A stretch of DNA of 64,000 bases from an uncultured Granulicatella sp. (GCF_963515095.1 NZ_CAUPXD010000003.1:7568-71567), one strand, 5' to 3'; shown: positions 10,037 to 20,176, numbered from the stretch's first letter. Notes: generated by a model not told the origin, from the sequence alone. Translations and numbers: made by a program.

Positions 10037-10155
10037 ACAAAAAGAGCCGAGCTGCAACTCGACTCTGTGTAGACCGTTAAAAAGACGGTGGCTTGTTTAT
10101 GATGTTTTAATAACACCGCAAACTATACCCAAGTTTTGTGCGGTGTTATTTTTTT
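10037..10155 (+). ncRNA. Putative type I antitoxin sRNA (RatA-like)
   Basis: Promoter TTGCAA (10003)...TGGTATAAT (-10 at 10025-10030); terminator AATAACACCGCA...TGCGGTGTTATT-TTTTT; convergent with the toxin 3' end. Confidence 0.72.
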
Positions 10156-10250
10156 GTCTTGATTTCTATCAGCTTGACAACAAGTGATACTAATGAAACT
10201 AGTAAAGTCGCAAAAGAACACACCAATGTCAATGCTTCATAGACTGACAA
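10146..10250 (-). CDS. Holin-like type I toxin, 34 aa (MSVYEALTLVCSFATLLVSLVSLVVKLIEIKTKK)
   Basis: TTG start after AAAGGAGG; one TM helix and a basic tail; MSVYEAL N-terminus typical of the TxpA/Hol_Tox family. Confidence 0.85.
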   Translation of the reverse strand: MSVYEALTLVCSFATLLVSLVSLVVKLIEIKTKK

Positions 10251-10451
10251 AATACAACCTCCTTTCGATAGATTTGGAATAGATGCTCATAAGCATCACC
10301 TACCTTTATAAGAGATTGCCACCGCCTTAAAACTTTCTACGCGGAGAGTGTACCATAAACGAAATGAAAATAACAGTGAAATGTGTAAAAAATCACGTTG
10401 TTATAATAATATTCTTTTGATTATTTTTATTTGTGTTTCATTGAGACATTA

Positions 10452-10790
10452 TCACTTGTGTTTGACACTCTTTTTGAAGTTGATGGTATTTAAGATTTTT
10501 ATCTCATAGCCATTTTCTTCAGCATCTTGCCACATTCAACGACTATCGTTCCCTTAGGATCTGTAACACAATATGAAGAGTGCATTTGCATTAGGTTCGG
10601 CTTTACATAAAATCTCGTTTTTCCTGAACCAGAATCACCTATAACAAGTACATTTTTATTTCTTGCATACTTTGGATTTGCCGGTCTTCCATTTATTGTT
10701 AATCGCTCAGTTTGAGTAAGTAAGATATTATTTTGGGACTTTTCATCCACATACGGCTGAATATCTTTTGTCGTTTCCCATGAAGCGTTT
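10452..10790 (-). pseudogene. VirD4/TraG coupling-protein fragment (ICE relic)
   Basis: NKNVLVIGDSGSGKTRFYVKPNLMQ..SYCVTDPKG; frameshifts into KILNTINFKKS, then stops; no start codon or C-terminal part. Confidence 0.88.
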
Positions 10791-10835
10791 TGTCAAGTAC
10801 CTTTTCTCATTTATTGACGCCTTATTTTGAACAAC

Positions 10836-10868
10836 AAAAAACAGCAAACCTGTTTGATTTGCTGTTAA
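10836..10868 (-). terminator. Terminator of the two membrane-protein genes
   Basis: AACAGCAAA/TTTGCTGTT stem with a T-run on the minus strand. Confidence 0.65.
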
Positions 10869-10958
10869 TTAAACTGATACATAATATTAAATGATAACTA
10901 TCTTTAATACAAAATTTTTGAACGATAGCTATTCCTTCAACTCAAGTCAATCAAATAA

Positions 10959-11408
10959 TTATTTACTAGATAACTTAAATTGCTCTTCTTTCTTATCAAA
11001 ACTTAGTAAATAGTCTTTTCCTCTTTCAACATTAAGCTCCACTTTTGCAGGGCCCCATGTTGTAGTAACGCTTTTATGTAACACTCCAGGTCTAGTATAT
11101 GTGTAAGTTACTTCTAAAACAATATCTCCTGGATCTGCACAAACTATATATTTTGCTTTTTCATTAAAAATAGCAGCTTCACCACTGATTACTCTAGCAT
11201 ATAATTGTTTTTGAGTGATTACATTATTTCCGGAAGAAAGCTCAATTTTCACCGCATTAGGATGTACAGCTAACCATTTATTCAAGGCATTTTTGTTCAT
11301 TTTATTTGACACAAACGAAAAAACAGCCGCTAATATAAAAATTGCAATCACAACATAGGCATATACTCCCATTGAAAAAAATGCTTCTAAATATTTATCC
11401 ATTTTCAT
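10959..11408 (-). CDS. Hypothetical membrane-anchored protein
   Basis: AGGAG RBS; N-terminal TM segment followed by a beta-rich domain. Confidence 0.8.
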   Translation of the reverse strand: MKMDKYLEAFFSMGVYAYVVIAIFILAAVFSFVSNKMNKNALNKWLAVHPNAVKIELSSGNNVITQKQLYARVISGEAAIFNEKAKYIVCADPGDIVLEVTYTYTRPGVLHKSVTTTWGPAKVELNVERGKDYLLSFDKKEEQFKLSSK

Positions 11409-11416
11409 TCTCCTTT

Positions 11417-11866
11417 TTAATTATTTTTATTAACATCATTTAATTTAATTGTCTTGCTTTTTACTCCAACCACTCCTAAATCTTCAATAAGTTCATTATA
11501 TTTTCTTTTTCCTAGCGAAGATAAATCAAACATTTCCTTATTACCATCTTCTGTATAAAGATATAAGAAAAACGAGTCATTGTTTCTTTGTTCTGAAGAA
11601 ATATGAACTTCATTTAGATTATAGTTAAATTCCTTTTTCCCATCGTTTATCGATAAACGATTTCCATTTATAATTACTTTAGTTTTCAATTGCCTAAATA
11701 TACTTATTACAACCAAAATAATGATGATAGAAGATATAATAATTGCAACTTTATATCCTCCAATTACTCCGGAAATTAAAAATGCAACAAGTGCTCCAAA
11801 AATCATTATTATTAAATTATAAATAACCGCAACTAGGCTTCTTCTGTATATTTTCTCCAAAATCAA
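11417..11866 (-). CDS. Hypothetical two-TM protein
   Basis: Two TM segments plus a soluble domain; AT-rich; 8 nt from the next ORF. Confidence 0.8.
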   Translation of the reverse strand: MILEKIYRRSLVAVIYNLIIMIFGALVAFLISGVIGGYKVAIIISSIIIILVVISIFRQLKTKVIINGNRLSINDGKKEFNYNLNEVHISSEQRNNDSFFLYLYTEDGNKEMFDLSSLGKRKYNELIEDLGVVGVKSKTIKLNDVNKNN

Positions 11867-12021
11867 CCATCCTTAAAGTACAATAATGATACTAACGTAT
11901 ATCTAATTTTAAAAACAATATTACGTATAAACTATATATCTTTGTATACAAAATGTCAATCTTAATTTTTCACCATGCACACTCTAAGAAACACAACGTG
12001 AAAACTATTTTCTTTGCACTG

Positions 12022-12050
12022 TTGCAATTTTCAGAAAAGTAGAGTATAAT
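12022..12050 (+). promoter_or_regulatory. ffs promoter with an embedded CodY-like box
   Basis: TTGCAA-17-TATAAT; AATTTTCAGAAAAGT at 12026-12040. Confidence 0.75.
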
Positions 12051-12056
12051 AATATC

Positions 12057-12152
12057 TGCCGTTAGGCCATATGGCAATAGCGAACATATGAATCGAGTCA
12101 GGTCCGGAAGGAAGCAGCTATAAGTATCGTTCGTTATGTGCTGTATGTACAT
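12057..12152 (+). ncRNA. ffs: Small SRP RNA (4.5S)
   Basis: Domain IV TCAGGTCCGGAAGGAAGCAGC (12098-12118) within a long stem; terminator ACAGGCTGG...CCAGCCTGT-TTTT at 12163-12196. Confidence 0.95.
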
Positions 12153-12232
12153 AGAAGAAATTACAGGCTGGGGCTAGTGTTCCAGCCTGTTTTTATAAGT
12201 AAGTATTTTGGAATAGATGGAGGAGCTCTCTA

Positions 12233-14377
12233 GTGAAAAACAAAGGATTCAAAGAGGAAGAAAAGCACTTAGTAGAAGTTCAATCGAAATTTGATGCAAA
12301 AATACAATCTGAAAAACAAAGATTAAAAGATGAACATTTAGATCAACAACGTCAAGATTTCATTGATTTTTCAATTCATCAATTAGAAGAACAAAAAGAA
12401 TCTCCGTATTTTGGAAGAATTGATGTGCAGTTTGAAGGTGAACCAGAAGTGGAAAAAATGTATATCGGTTCATCTACATTTTTTGATGAAGAAAAACAAG
12501 TGCAAGTTTATGATTGGCGAGCGCCGATTGCGAGTTTATTTTATGAAGGAACTTTAGGAGATTTAACGTATCAAACTCCTTCAGGAATTCAACATGGACA
12601 AGCTTTTTTAAAACGTGATATTGTCATTAAAAAAGGAAAAATTCAATCGGTTTATGATGTTGAAAATGAAGAATCATTATTAATGGAAACATTAAGTGCA
12701 CCTACGAATCGTGATGGACATTTAGAAGGAATTACAGCAACAATTCAAAAGGAACAAAATGAAATTATTCGCCATAAACAAAAAGATTGGTTAATCGTTA
12801 ATGGTTGTGCAGGTAGTGGGAAAACAACGATTTTATTACAACGAATTGCGTATTTGATGTACCAATCAAAAGATCAAACGCATAATGATATGTTATTGTT
12901 ATCACGTAACCAATTATTTGCTAAGTATATTTCACATGTTATTCCAAATTTGACAGGTAGTGAATTATATCAACAAACATTAGCACAACATACAGTAGAA
13001 TTATTTAAAAAGTTTTTCTTAAATAAAACAACTATGTTAGTACCAACTAAAACGAGAAGAGCGTATTTAACAGATAGTGAATGGGCGGCTCTTATTGCTG
13101 AACAATTGCCAGCTTTATCGGTAGCGAATTTATATTTCCGTCCGATTTCAATTAAAGGATTTAGAATTTTTGGTGAAAAAGATTATCAAAAAATTATTGA
13201 ACAAGTAAATCCTAAATTAACATTATATCAACAATTGGTACAAATTCAGGAAGTGTTAGAAAAGAACTTAAAACGTCGTTTAAATCGTTTTTATGTTTCT
13301 GAAGTCGCTAAAAGTGTATATGAAGAAATGTCTCCTATGCAAATTGAAGTATTAATGAAAAATCAAGAATTTAATAGTGAGACAGAATATTATCAAATGC
13401 TAGGACAACGAGTATTTGAAAAACAATCACAGGATGCTGAACAACAAGTAGAAATGTTTGCTTTTGTCAATTTTGCTAAACATTTACAAGACTGGATGCC
13501 ACTAGCAAAACAGCGTAGAGAAGAATTAGGAAAAGTAGATAATGCTCAGTTACCTTTAAAAGATACAGGTGAAGGACGTCTTCAAGTAACAGCAGAAGGA
13601 GTAAGAGTGTTACTTTACGTAGCAACAATGATTGCTCCAATTCGTGATTATCAAGGATATACTCACTTATTTATTGATGAAGTTCAAGATGTTTCATTAT
13701 TATTTATGGCAGCATTATCCAATTATTATTTCCGTGCAAAATTTACAGTAGTAGGAGATACATTCCAATCATTCTCAACAGCTACAACGATTTTCTCTTT
13801 AGAAGAACGTCATCCAGAATTAGTAGCAGCCTTTTTCAAAGAACGTGTATTAGAACATCGTTCATTAGAAATTAGTTACCGTTGTACGGCGCAAATTACT
13901 CGTTTTGCTAATGGTATTTTAGGTTGGGAATTAGATAAAAATGTCTTTCCACGTACAGGTGAAGAAGTAGGGGTATTTGTTGATGAAGAACCTTCAATTG
14001 AACGATTGAAGAAATTAGTTGAAGATACACCTGAATGTTATCATACAAATGCTATTTTCTGCCGTACAATGGACGAAGCAAAAGCTTTACAAAAAGAGTT
14101 AGTCGAGTATGATGCTGAATTATTAGAGGATACAAGTGAATCATTAGGTAGTCGATTAGTAGTGACAACGATTGAAGTTGCTAAAGGACTAGAATTTGAC
14201 CAAGTATTTATTTGGCAAGCTACAAAAGATCGCTATGCAACGATGAAAGAACGCTTTATGTTCTATACAACTTGTACTCGTGCAAAACATCGCTTGAATA
14301 TTTTAACGACTCCAGATGTGACAAGTTTTATTGCAAACTCTAAAGCACCAATGTCTGTTTTTGGAACATTCCGGTAG
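12233..14377 (+). CDS. helD: HelD-like UvrD-family ATPase
   Basis: SPYFGRID, DWRAPIASLFY, ATIQKEQNEII, GCAGSGKT, DEVQD, SYR, KGLEFD and TRA motifs. Confidence 0.82.
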   Translation: MKNKGFKEEEKHLVEVQSKFDAKIQSEKQRLKDEHLDQQRQDFIDFSIHQLEEQKESPYFGRIDVQFEGEPEVEKMYIGSSTFFDEEKQVQVYDWRAPIASLFYEGTLGDLTYQTPSGIQHGQAFLKRDIVIKKGKIQSVYDVENEESLLMETLSAPTNRDGHLEGITATIQKEQNEIIRHKQKDWLIVNGCAGSGKTTILLQRIAYLMYQSKDQTHNDMLLLSRNQLFAKYISHVIPNLTGSELYQQTLAQHTVELFKKFFLNKTTMLVPTKTRRAYLTDSEWAALIAEQLPALSVANLYFRPISIKGFRIFGEKDYQKIIEQVNPKLTLYQQLVQIQEVLEKNLKRRLNRFYVSEVAKSVYEEMSPMQIEVLMKNQEFNSETEYYQMLGQRVFEKQSQDAEQQVEMFAFVNFAKHLQDWMPLAKQRREELGKVDNAQLPLKDTGEGRLQVTAEGVRVLLYVATMIAPIRDYQGYTHLFIDEVQDVSLLFMAALSNYYFRAKFTVVGDTFQSFSTATTIFSLEERHPELVAAFFKERVLEHRSLEISYRCTAQITRFANGILGWELDKNVFPRTGEEVGVFVDEEPSIERLKKLVEDTPECYHTNAIFCRTMDEAKALQKELVEYDAELLEDTSESLGSRLVVTTIEVAKGLEFDQVFIWQATKDRYATMKERFMFYTTCTRAKHRLNILTTPDVTSFIANSKAPMSVFGTFR

Positions 14378-14477
14378 TCAAATCTCATAAAAAAATGTAA
14401 AATAGTAAAGGATAGAAAACATAACCTACAATTGTAGCGTTGTGTTTTCTTAGTATAAAGTCAAAAGGAGAAGACCG

Positions 14478-16199
14478 ATGGCTTATCAAGCGTTATACCG
14501 AAAATGGCGACCACAAAAATTTGAAGATATGGTGGGACAAACTGCAGTTACAAAAACATTGAAAAATGCGATTATCCATCATAAAACAAGTCATGCGTAC
14601 TTATTTACAGGACCAAGAGGAACTGGGAAAACAAGTGCTGCGAAAATTTTTGCTAAAGCAATTAACTGTTTGAATCCTCAAGATGGAGAACCTTGTAATG
14701 AATGTTTATTATGTAAAGGCATTACAGAAGGAACGATTGGGGACGTTATTGAAATTGATGCGGCGAGTAATAATGGGGTAGAAGAAATTCGTGATATTCG
14801 AGATAAAGCTCGTTATGCGCCAACTCAAGCAACGTATAAAGTTTATATTATCGATGAAGTGCATATGTTATCAACAGGAGCATTCAATGCTTTATTAAAA
14901 ACACTGGAAGAACCTCCAAAAAATGTCATTTTTATACTAGCAACGACTGAACCGCATAAAATTCCAGCAACGATAATTTCACGAACACAGCGATTTGATT
15001 TTAGAAGAATAACGAATGATGAAATTATTCAAAGACTTCGTTATATTTTAGAGCAAGAAGAGATTGCATATGAAGAAGAAGCACTAAGTGTTATTGCTCG
15101 TTGTGCTAATGGTGGAATGCGTGATGCATTAAGTTTATTAGATCAAGTTATTTCATTTAGTGATGATAAAGTGAGTTTTGAACAAGCCATTCAAGTTTCT
15201 GGAAGTTTAACGGATGATTTAATGATTGAATTTGTTCGATTATTGACTCAGCAACAAGCACAAGCAGCATTATTACAATTACAAGACTTATTATTGCTAG
15301 GAAAAGAAGCATCTCGTTTAATTGAAGAATGGCTAGAATTTTCTAGAGATTTATTAGTTGCTAAGCAAACAGGAGATATGATTGGTAGAAGTGAAGCTTT
15401 TGTAGAGTTTGCAAAAGAGGTTGAAGAAGCCTTTTTATATCGCTTTATGGATGCTTTAAATCAAACGCAACAAGAAATGCGATTTACGACAAAACCAACT
15501 ATTAGTTTAGAAGTCTTTACAATTAAAATGGCACAACCAGTAGTAGCGGTAACTCAGCAAGCAGTTCCAGCTAATCAGGAATATGTCTCACAATTGGAAC
15601 AACAGTTGCAAAGTTTACAGCAACAGATGTCTCAATTATTACAAGGACAAGGAGTAGTAGCTCCTAAAAAAGTGACATCAACTCCACAGGCAAAAGCAAG
15701 TACATATAAACCAAATATTGGTGAAGTGTATAAAGTGCTTGATGCTGCAACTCGTAAAGATTTAATTTTTATTCGAGAATTGTGGGGCGATTTATTACAA
15801 ATGCTTTCGACCACTCAAAGAGCGTTATTGAAAGCAAGTGAACCTGTAGCAGCTAGTCCAAATGGATTCGTCTTAAAATTCGATTATGAAATTTTATGTC
15901 AAAGAGCGCAGGAAAGTGTAGAACTTCATGAAGATATTGCTCGTCATTGTCAAACATTAGCGCAGTATCCGGGGAATTTTGTCAGTGTGACAGGAGAACA
16001 ATGGGTACAAATTCGACAAGATTATTTACGAGATAAGAAAGAAAAGCAAGAAGCAGAAGGTGTGACTCATGCAACAGAAATGGAAGAGCAACCGACTGAT
16101 GAAGAAGAAAAAAATGAAGTAGAACAATTAGTTCAAAATACGATTGATTTGTTTGGAGAAGAAATTGTTCATATTTCAGAAGAAACAGAAAACAATTAA
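14478..16199 (+). CDS. dnaX: DNA polymerase III gamma/tau
   Basis: ALYRKWRP, GPRGTGKT, Cys zinc motif, IIDEVHML. Confidence 0.98.
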   Translation: MAYQALYRKWRPQKFEDMVGQTAVTKTLKNAIIHHKTSHAYLFTGPRGTGKTSAAKIFAKAINCLNPQDGEPCNECLLCKGITEGTIGDVIEIDAASNNGVEEIRDIRDKARYAPTQATYKVYIIDEVHMLSTGAFNALLKTLEEPPKNVIFILATTEPHKIPATIISRTQRFDFRRITNDEIIQRLRYILEQEEIAYEEEALSVIARCANGGMRDALSLLDQVISFSDDKVSFEQAIQVSGSLTDDLMIEFVRLLTQQQAQAALLQLQDLLLLGKEASRLIEEWLEFSRDLLVAKQTGDMIGRSEAFVEFAKEVEEAFLYRFMDALNQTQQEMRFTTKPTISLEVFTIKMAQPVVAVTQQAVPANQEYVSQLEQQLQSLQQQMSQLLQGQGVVAPKKVTSTPQAKASTYKPNIGEVYKVLDAATRKDLIFIRELWGDLLQMLSTTQRALLKASEPVAASPNGFVLKFDYEILCQRAQESVELHEDIARHCQTLAQYPGNFVSVTGEQWVQIRQDYLRDKKEKQEAEGVTHATEMEEQPTDEEEKNEVEQLVQNTIDLFGEEIVHISEETENN

Positions 16200-16211
16200 G
16201 GAGGAATCAAC

Positions 16212-16529
16212 ATGCGTGGAATGGGAAATATGCAAGGCATGATGAAACAAATGCAAAAATTACAAAAACAAATGGCACAAGCTCAAGAGGAGTTAAACCA
16301 AACAGAATATGTAGGAAGCTCTCAAAGTGACTTAGTACAAGTGACAGTGAATGGAAAACGTCAAGTACTTTCTGTATCGATTAAACCAGAAGCGGTTGAT
16401 GGAGATGATGTTGAATTATTACAAGACTTAGTATTAATGGCAACAAATCGTGCCTTAGAGCAAGCTGAAAAAGCAAATGAGCAAACAATGGGACAATTTA
16501 CTAGAGGATTAAATATCCCTGGATTTTAA
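16212..16529 (+). CDS. ybaB: YbaB/EbfC nucleoid-associated protein
   Basis: Met/Gln-rich N-terminus; dnaX-ybaB-recR synteny. Confidence 0.95.
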   Translation: MRGMGNMQGMMKQMQKLQKQMAQAQEELNQTEYVGSSQSDLVQVTVNGKRQVLSVSIKPEAVDGDDVELLQDLVLMATNRALEQAEKANEQTMGQFTRGLNIPGF

Positions 16530-16546
16530 TGAGTTGAGGTGAGAGG

Positions 16547-17143
16547 ATGCAATATCCAGAACCAATTGCTCGATTAATGGATAGTTATATGAAACTTCCT
16601 GGAATCGGGGCGAAAACAGCAGCTCGTCTAGCTTTTTTCAGCATGGAAATGCCGGAAGAAGAAGTGATGAATTTTGCCAATGCACTCATTAGTTGTAAAC
16701 GAGATTTAACGATGTGTTCTGTTTGTGGGAATATTACGCAAGAAGATCCTTGTGAGATTTGCCAAGATGCTTCTAGAGATAGAACCAAAATACTAGTTGT
16801 TGAAGATAGTCGAGATGTGATGAGTTTAGAGAGAATGAAGGAATATAAAGGTTTGTACCATGTTCTTCATGGTGTTCTTTCTCCAATGGAAGGGACAGGA
16901 CCTGATGATATTAATGTGGCTTCTCTTATTCAGCGTCTTCAAGATCCTACTGTAGAAGAAGTGATTATTGCCACTAATGCAACTGCAGAAGGTGAAGCAA
17001 CTGCGATGTATTTATCTCGTTTAATTAAACCAGCTGGAATTAAAGTGACGCGTTTAGCGCATGGTCTTGCAGTTGGTAGTGATATTGAATATGCAGATGA
17101 AATGACTTTATTCAAAGCAATTGAAGGACGAAGAGAGCTGTAA
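16547..17143 (+). CDS. recR: Recombination mediator RecR
   Basis: [13 protein letters not shown]hH, C4 zinc finger, Toprim EGEATA. Confidence 0.98.
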   Translation: MQYPEPIARLMDSYMKLPGIGAKTAARLAFFSMEMPEEEVMNFANALISCKRDLTMCSVCGNITQEDPCEICQDASRDRTKILVVEDSRDVMSLERMKEYKGLYHVLHGVLSPMEGTGPDDINVASLIQRLQDPTVEEVIIATNATAEGEATAMYLSRLIKPAGIKVTRLAHGLAVGSDIEYADEMTLFKAIEGRREL

Positions 17144-17160
17144 TAATGTTATAAAATTAC

Positions 17161-17253
17161 GAATAGACTTCCCTTGTATAGTAGCAGGAGGACGCAAGTA
17201 GCCTCGCAAAAGCGAGTCTCATTGGACTAATGCTACTATGGGAAGTCTTTTTT
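17161..17253 (+). repeat. Structured intergenic repeat, copy A (short form)
   Basis: Core GGACGCAAGTAGCCTCGC-AAAA-GCGAGTCTCATTGG closed by TAGTAGCA/TGCTACTA and AGACTTCCC/GGGAAGTCT, then a T-run. Confidence 0.85.
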
Positions 17254-17332
17254 AACTAAAAAATCCTTTTTTGCTTTGATGAAAAATCAAATACAAAAAA
17301 GGTCTAAGATTTTTATAACTATTTAATAATCA

Positions 17333-18085
17333 TTACCAAAGAATCTCGCATTGTTTATTAACTGTATCTTGGAATGATTCTACAGGTGCTTCGTTTGTAA
17401 TAATATAATCAATTACATTGTAATTGGCTAATTTAAAATAGTGACTTGTATGGAATTTAGAAGAATCTGCTAATAATACCGTCAAATCTGAATTAGCAAT
17501 CATTTGTTGTTTTAGTAAAGCTTGATTATAGTTTGCTTCATAAGAACCAAATCGATCGAGACCTCTACAACTCATGAAACAAATGTCTGCATGAAAATTA
17601 TTGATAAAATGGTTGGCGAAATCTCCCAATGCTGAATTTGTCCCGTAATCAATGTGGCCACCGCAGAAAAATAAAGTGATATTGTCATAATTATTCAGTT
17701 GCCGTGCGATTTCTAGTCCGTTTGTTATCACACGTAAATTTTGTAAATTTGCTAAATATGGAACGAGCATTGCGGCTGTTGATGAACTATCAATAAAAAT
17801 CGATTGATTATCCGTTAAAAATGTTGAAGCTGTTTCAGCGATATATTTTTTCCCTGAAGTTTCTTCTTGTTTACGACTCTCATAAGTATATTCAACATTG
17901 TTTGTTGTTACTAGTCTCACTTCTCCATGAGTTCGAATGATCTTTCCATCTTTTTCTAATTGAATTAAGTCTCTTCTTAAAGTTGAAGTAGAACAGAACA
18001 TGAGTGATTCCAATTGTATTGTAGAAATCATTTTTCTTTTCGATAAAATATCTAATATTTTTGACATTCGTTCGTAAGAAACCAT
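17333..18085 (-). CDS. DeoR/GlpR family regulator of the fucose operon
   Basis: STLRRDL HTH, RTHG, DSSST, VITN, DSSKF; ATG at 18085 after AGGAGG; divergent from fucI. Confidence 0.92.
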   Translation of the reverse strand: MVSYERMSKILDILSKRKMISTIQLESLMFCSTSTLRRDLIQLEKDGKIIRTHGEVRLVTTNNVEYTYESRKQEETSGKKYIAETASTFLTDNQSIFIDSSSTAAMLVPYLANLQNLRVITNGLEIARQLNNYDNITLFFCGGHIDYGTNSALGDFANHFINNFHADICFMSCRGLDRFGSYEANYNQALLKQQMIANSDLTVLLADSSKFHTSHYFKLANYNVIDYIITNEAPVESFQDTVNKQCEILW

Positions 18086-18110
18086 ATTAACCCCTCCTGA
18101 TATAATACAC

Positions 18111-18213
18111 ATTGAATAATTTTGAACACTTTTGAACAAATTATAGCACAAATTTTGGAGAAATTCCAATAGCGCTTTCATGTATTGTATCCGCTTTCTA
18201 ATATTGGTATGAT
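18111..18213. promoter_or_regulatory. Fucose control region: TTGAAYA direct repeats, two cre-like sites, extended -10
   Basis: ATTGAATA-AT-TTTGAACA-CT-TTTGAACA at a 10-bp period; ATAGCGCTTTCA and TGTATCCGCTTTC; TGGTATGAT. Confidence 0.6.
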
Positions 18214-18409
18214 GAAATCAAGAAATAGATGGTACTATTATGACATTTGATGATCATACCTTCATCTTAACGCCAACAAGTATCAATAAAAATAAGAAGG
18301 GGGAAACATTTAAAACAAAAGTTTTAAAAGATAGGAAGTTAAAAAGTCAGGCGTTCAAAATATGGATTGAATGATACTGACAAAAGGTAAAACAAGGAGG
18401 AAGGAAAAA

Positions 18410-20176
18410 ATGATACAACATCCACGTATCGGGATTCGTCCTACGATCGATGGCCGTCGTCAAGGGGTTCGCGAATCTTTAGAAGTACAAACAATGAATA
18501 TGGCCAAAAGTGTGGCAGCTTTGCTAGAGTCAACATTGAAATATCCAGACGGACAACCTGTTGAATGTGTGATTTCACCATCAACAATTGGACGTGTGCC
18601 AGAAGCTGCGGCTTCACATGAATTGTTCAAAAAATCAAACGTTTGTGCAACAATCACAGTAACTCCATGTTGGTGTTATGGTAGTGAAACAATGGATATG
18701 TCACCTGATATTCCACATGCTATTTGGGGATTCAATGGAACAGAAAGACCAGGAGCTGTATATTTAGCAGCCGTTCTTGCTTCTCATGCTCAAAAAGGAA
18801 TTCCAGCATTTGGTATTTATGGTAAAGATGTTCAAGAAGCATCTACAACAGAAATTCCAGAAGATGTAAAAGAAAAACTTTTACGTTATGCTCGAGCAGC
18901 ATTAGCAACTGGATTAATGAGAGACACTGCTTACTTATCAATGGGTAGCGTTTCAATGGGTATCGGTGGTTCAATCGTAGATCCTGATTTCTTCCAAGAA
19001 TATTTAGGAATGCGTAATGAATCAGTGGATATGACAGAATTTACTCGTCGTATCGACCGTGGTATTTATGACCATGAAGAATTTGAACGTGCTCTAGCTT
19101 GGGTAAAAGAAAATGTTAAAGAAGGTTTCGATCGTAACCGTGAAGATTTAGTATTAAGTCGTGAAGAAAAAGATAAACAATGGGAATTTGTTATTAAAAT
19201 GTTCATGATTGGTCGTGACTTGATGGTTGGTAACCCTCGCTTAGCTGAACTTGGTTTTGAAGAAGAAGCTGTTGGTCACTATGCTTTAGTAGGTGGATTC
19301 CAAGGTCAACGTCAATGGACAGACCACTTCCCTAATGGGGACTTTATGGAAACATTCTTAAATACTCAATTTGACTGGAATGGTATCCGTCGTCCTTACA
19401 TTTTCGCTACAGAAAATGATGCATTAAATGGTGTATCAATGTTATTCAACTACTTATTAACAAATACACCACAAATTTTCGCAGACGTTCGTACTTACTG
19501 GAGTCCAGAAGCAGTTGAACGTGTAACAGGACATAAATTAGAAGGTCATGCAGAAAATGGATTCTTACACTTAATTAACTCAGGTTCTTGTACTTTAGAC
19601 GGTACAGGTCAAGCTACTCGTGATGGAGAAGCTGTTATGAAACCATTCTGGGAATTATCTCAAAATGAAGTAGATGCAATGCTTGAAAATACAGATTTCC
19701 CAGCAGCAAACAGAGAATACTTCCGTGGTGGCGGTTACTCAACTCGCTTCTTAACAAAAGGAAATATGCCTGTAACAATGGTTCGCTTAAACTTATTAAA
19801 AGGTGTAGGACCAGTATTACAAATTGCTGAAGGTTACACATTAGAATTACCAGAAGAAGTTCACCATACATTAGACAATCGTACAGACCCAGGTTGGCCA
19901 ACAACATGGTTTGCACCTCGCTTAACAGGAAAAGGCGCATTCAAGTCAGTATACGATGTGATGAACAACTGGGGTGCTAACCACGGTGCAATCTCTTATG
20001 GACATATTGGAGCAGATTTAATTACATTAGCTTCTATGCTACGTATTCCAGTAAATATGCACAATGTGGATGAAGAAGATATTTTCAGACCGAAAAATTG
20101 GTCATTATTCGGAACAGAAGATTTAGAATCAGCTGATTACCGTGCTTGTCAATTATTAGGTCCAATTCATAAATAA
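18410..20176 (+). CDS. fucI: L-fucose isomerase
   Basis: [36 protein letters not shown] and WGANHG motifs. Confidence 0.97.
   Translation: MIQHPRIGIRPTIDGRRQGVRESLEVQTMNMAKSVAALLESTLKYPDGQPVECVISPSTIGRVPEAAASHELFKKSNVCATITVTPCWCYGSETMDMSPDIPHAIWGFNGTERPGAVYLAAVLASHAQKGIPAFGIYGKDVQEASTTEIPEDVKEKLLRYARAALATGLMRDTAYLSMGSVSMGIGGSIVDPDFFQEYLGMRNESVDMTEFTRRIDRGIYDHEEFERALAWVKENVKEGFDRNREDLVLSREEKDKQWEFVIKMFMIGRDLMVGNPRLAELGFEEEAVGHYALVGGFQGQRQWTDHFPNGDFMETFLNTQFDWNGIRRPYIFATENDALNGVSMLFNYLLTNTPQIFADVRTYWSPEAVERVTGHKLEGHAENGFLHLINSGSCTLDGTGQATRDGEAVMKPFWELSQNEVDAMLENTDFPAANREYFRGGGYSTRFLTKGNMPVTMVRLNLLKGVGPVLQIAEGYTLELPEEVHHTLDNRTDPGWPTTWFAPRLTGKGAFKSVYDVMNNWGANHGAISYGHIGADLITLASMLRIPVNMHNVDEEDIFRPKNWSLFGTEDLESADYRACQLLGPIHK

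Noticed and set aside
9951..10187. 78-aa plus-strand ORF
   Set aside because: It spans the antitoxin promoter, sRNA and terminator, is antisense to the toxin and has no RBS.
11970..12152. 60-aa minus-strand ORF
   Set aside because: It is the antisense shadow of the SRP RNA.
15650..15675. AAAAAAG with an upstream GGAG in dnaX as a gamma-type -1 frameshift site
   Set aside because: The phase is CCT AAA AAA GTG, not A AAA AAG, and no clear downstream hairpin was seen.
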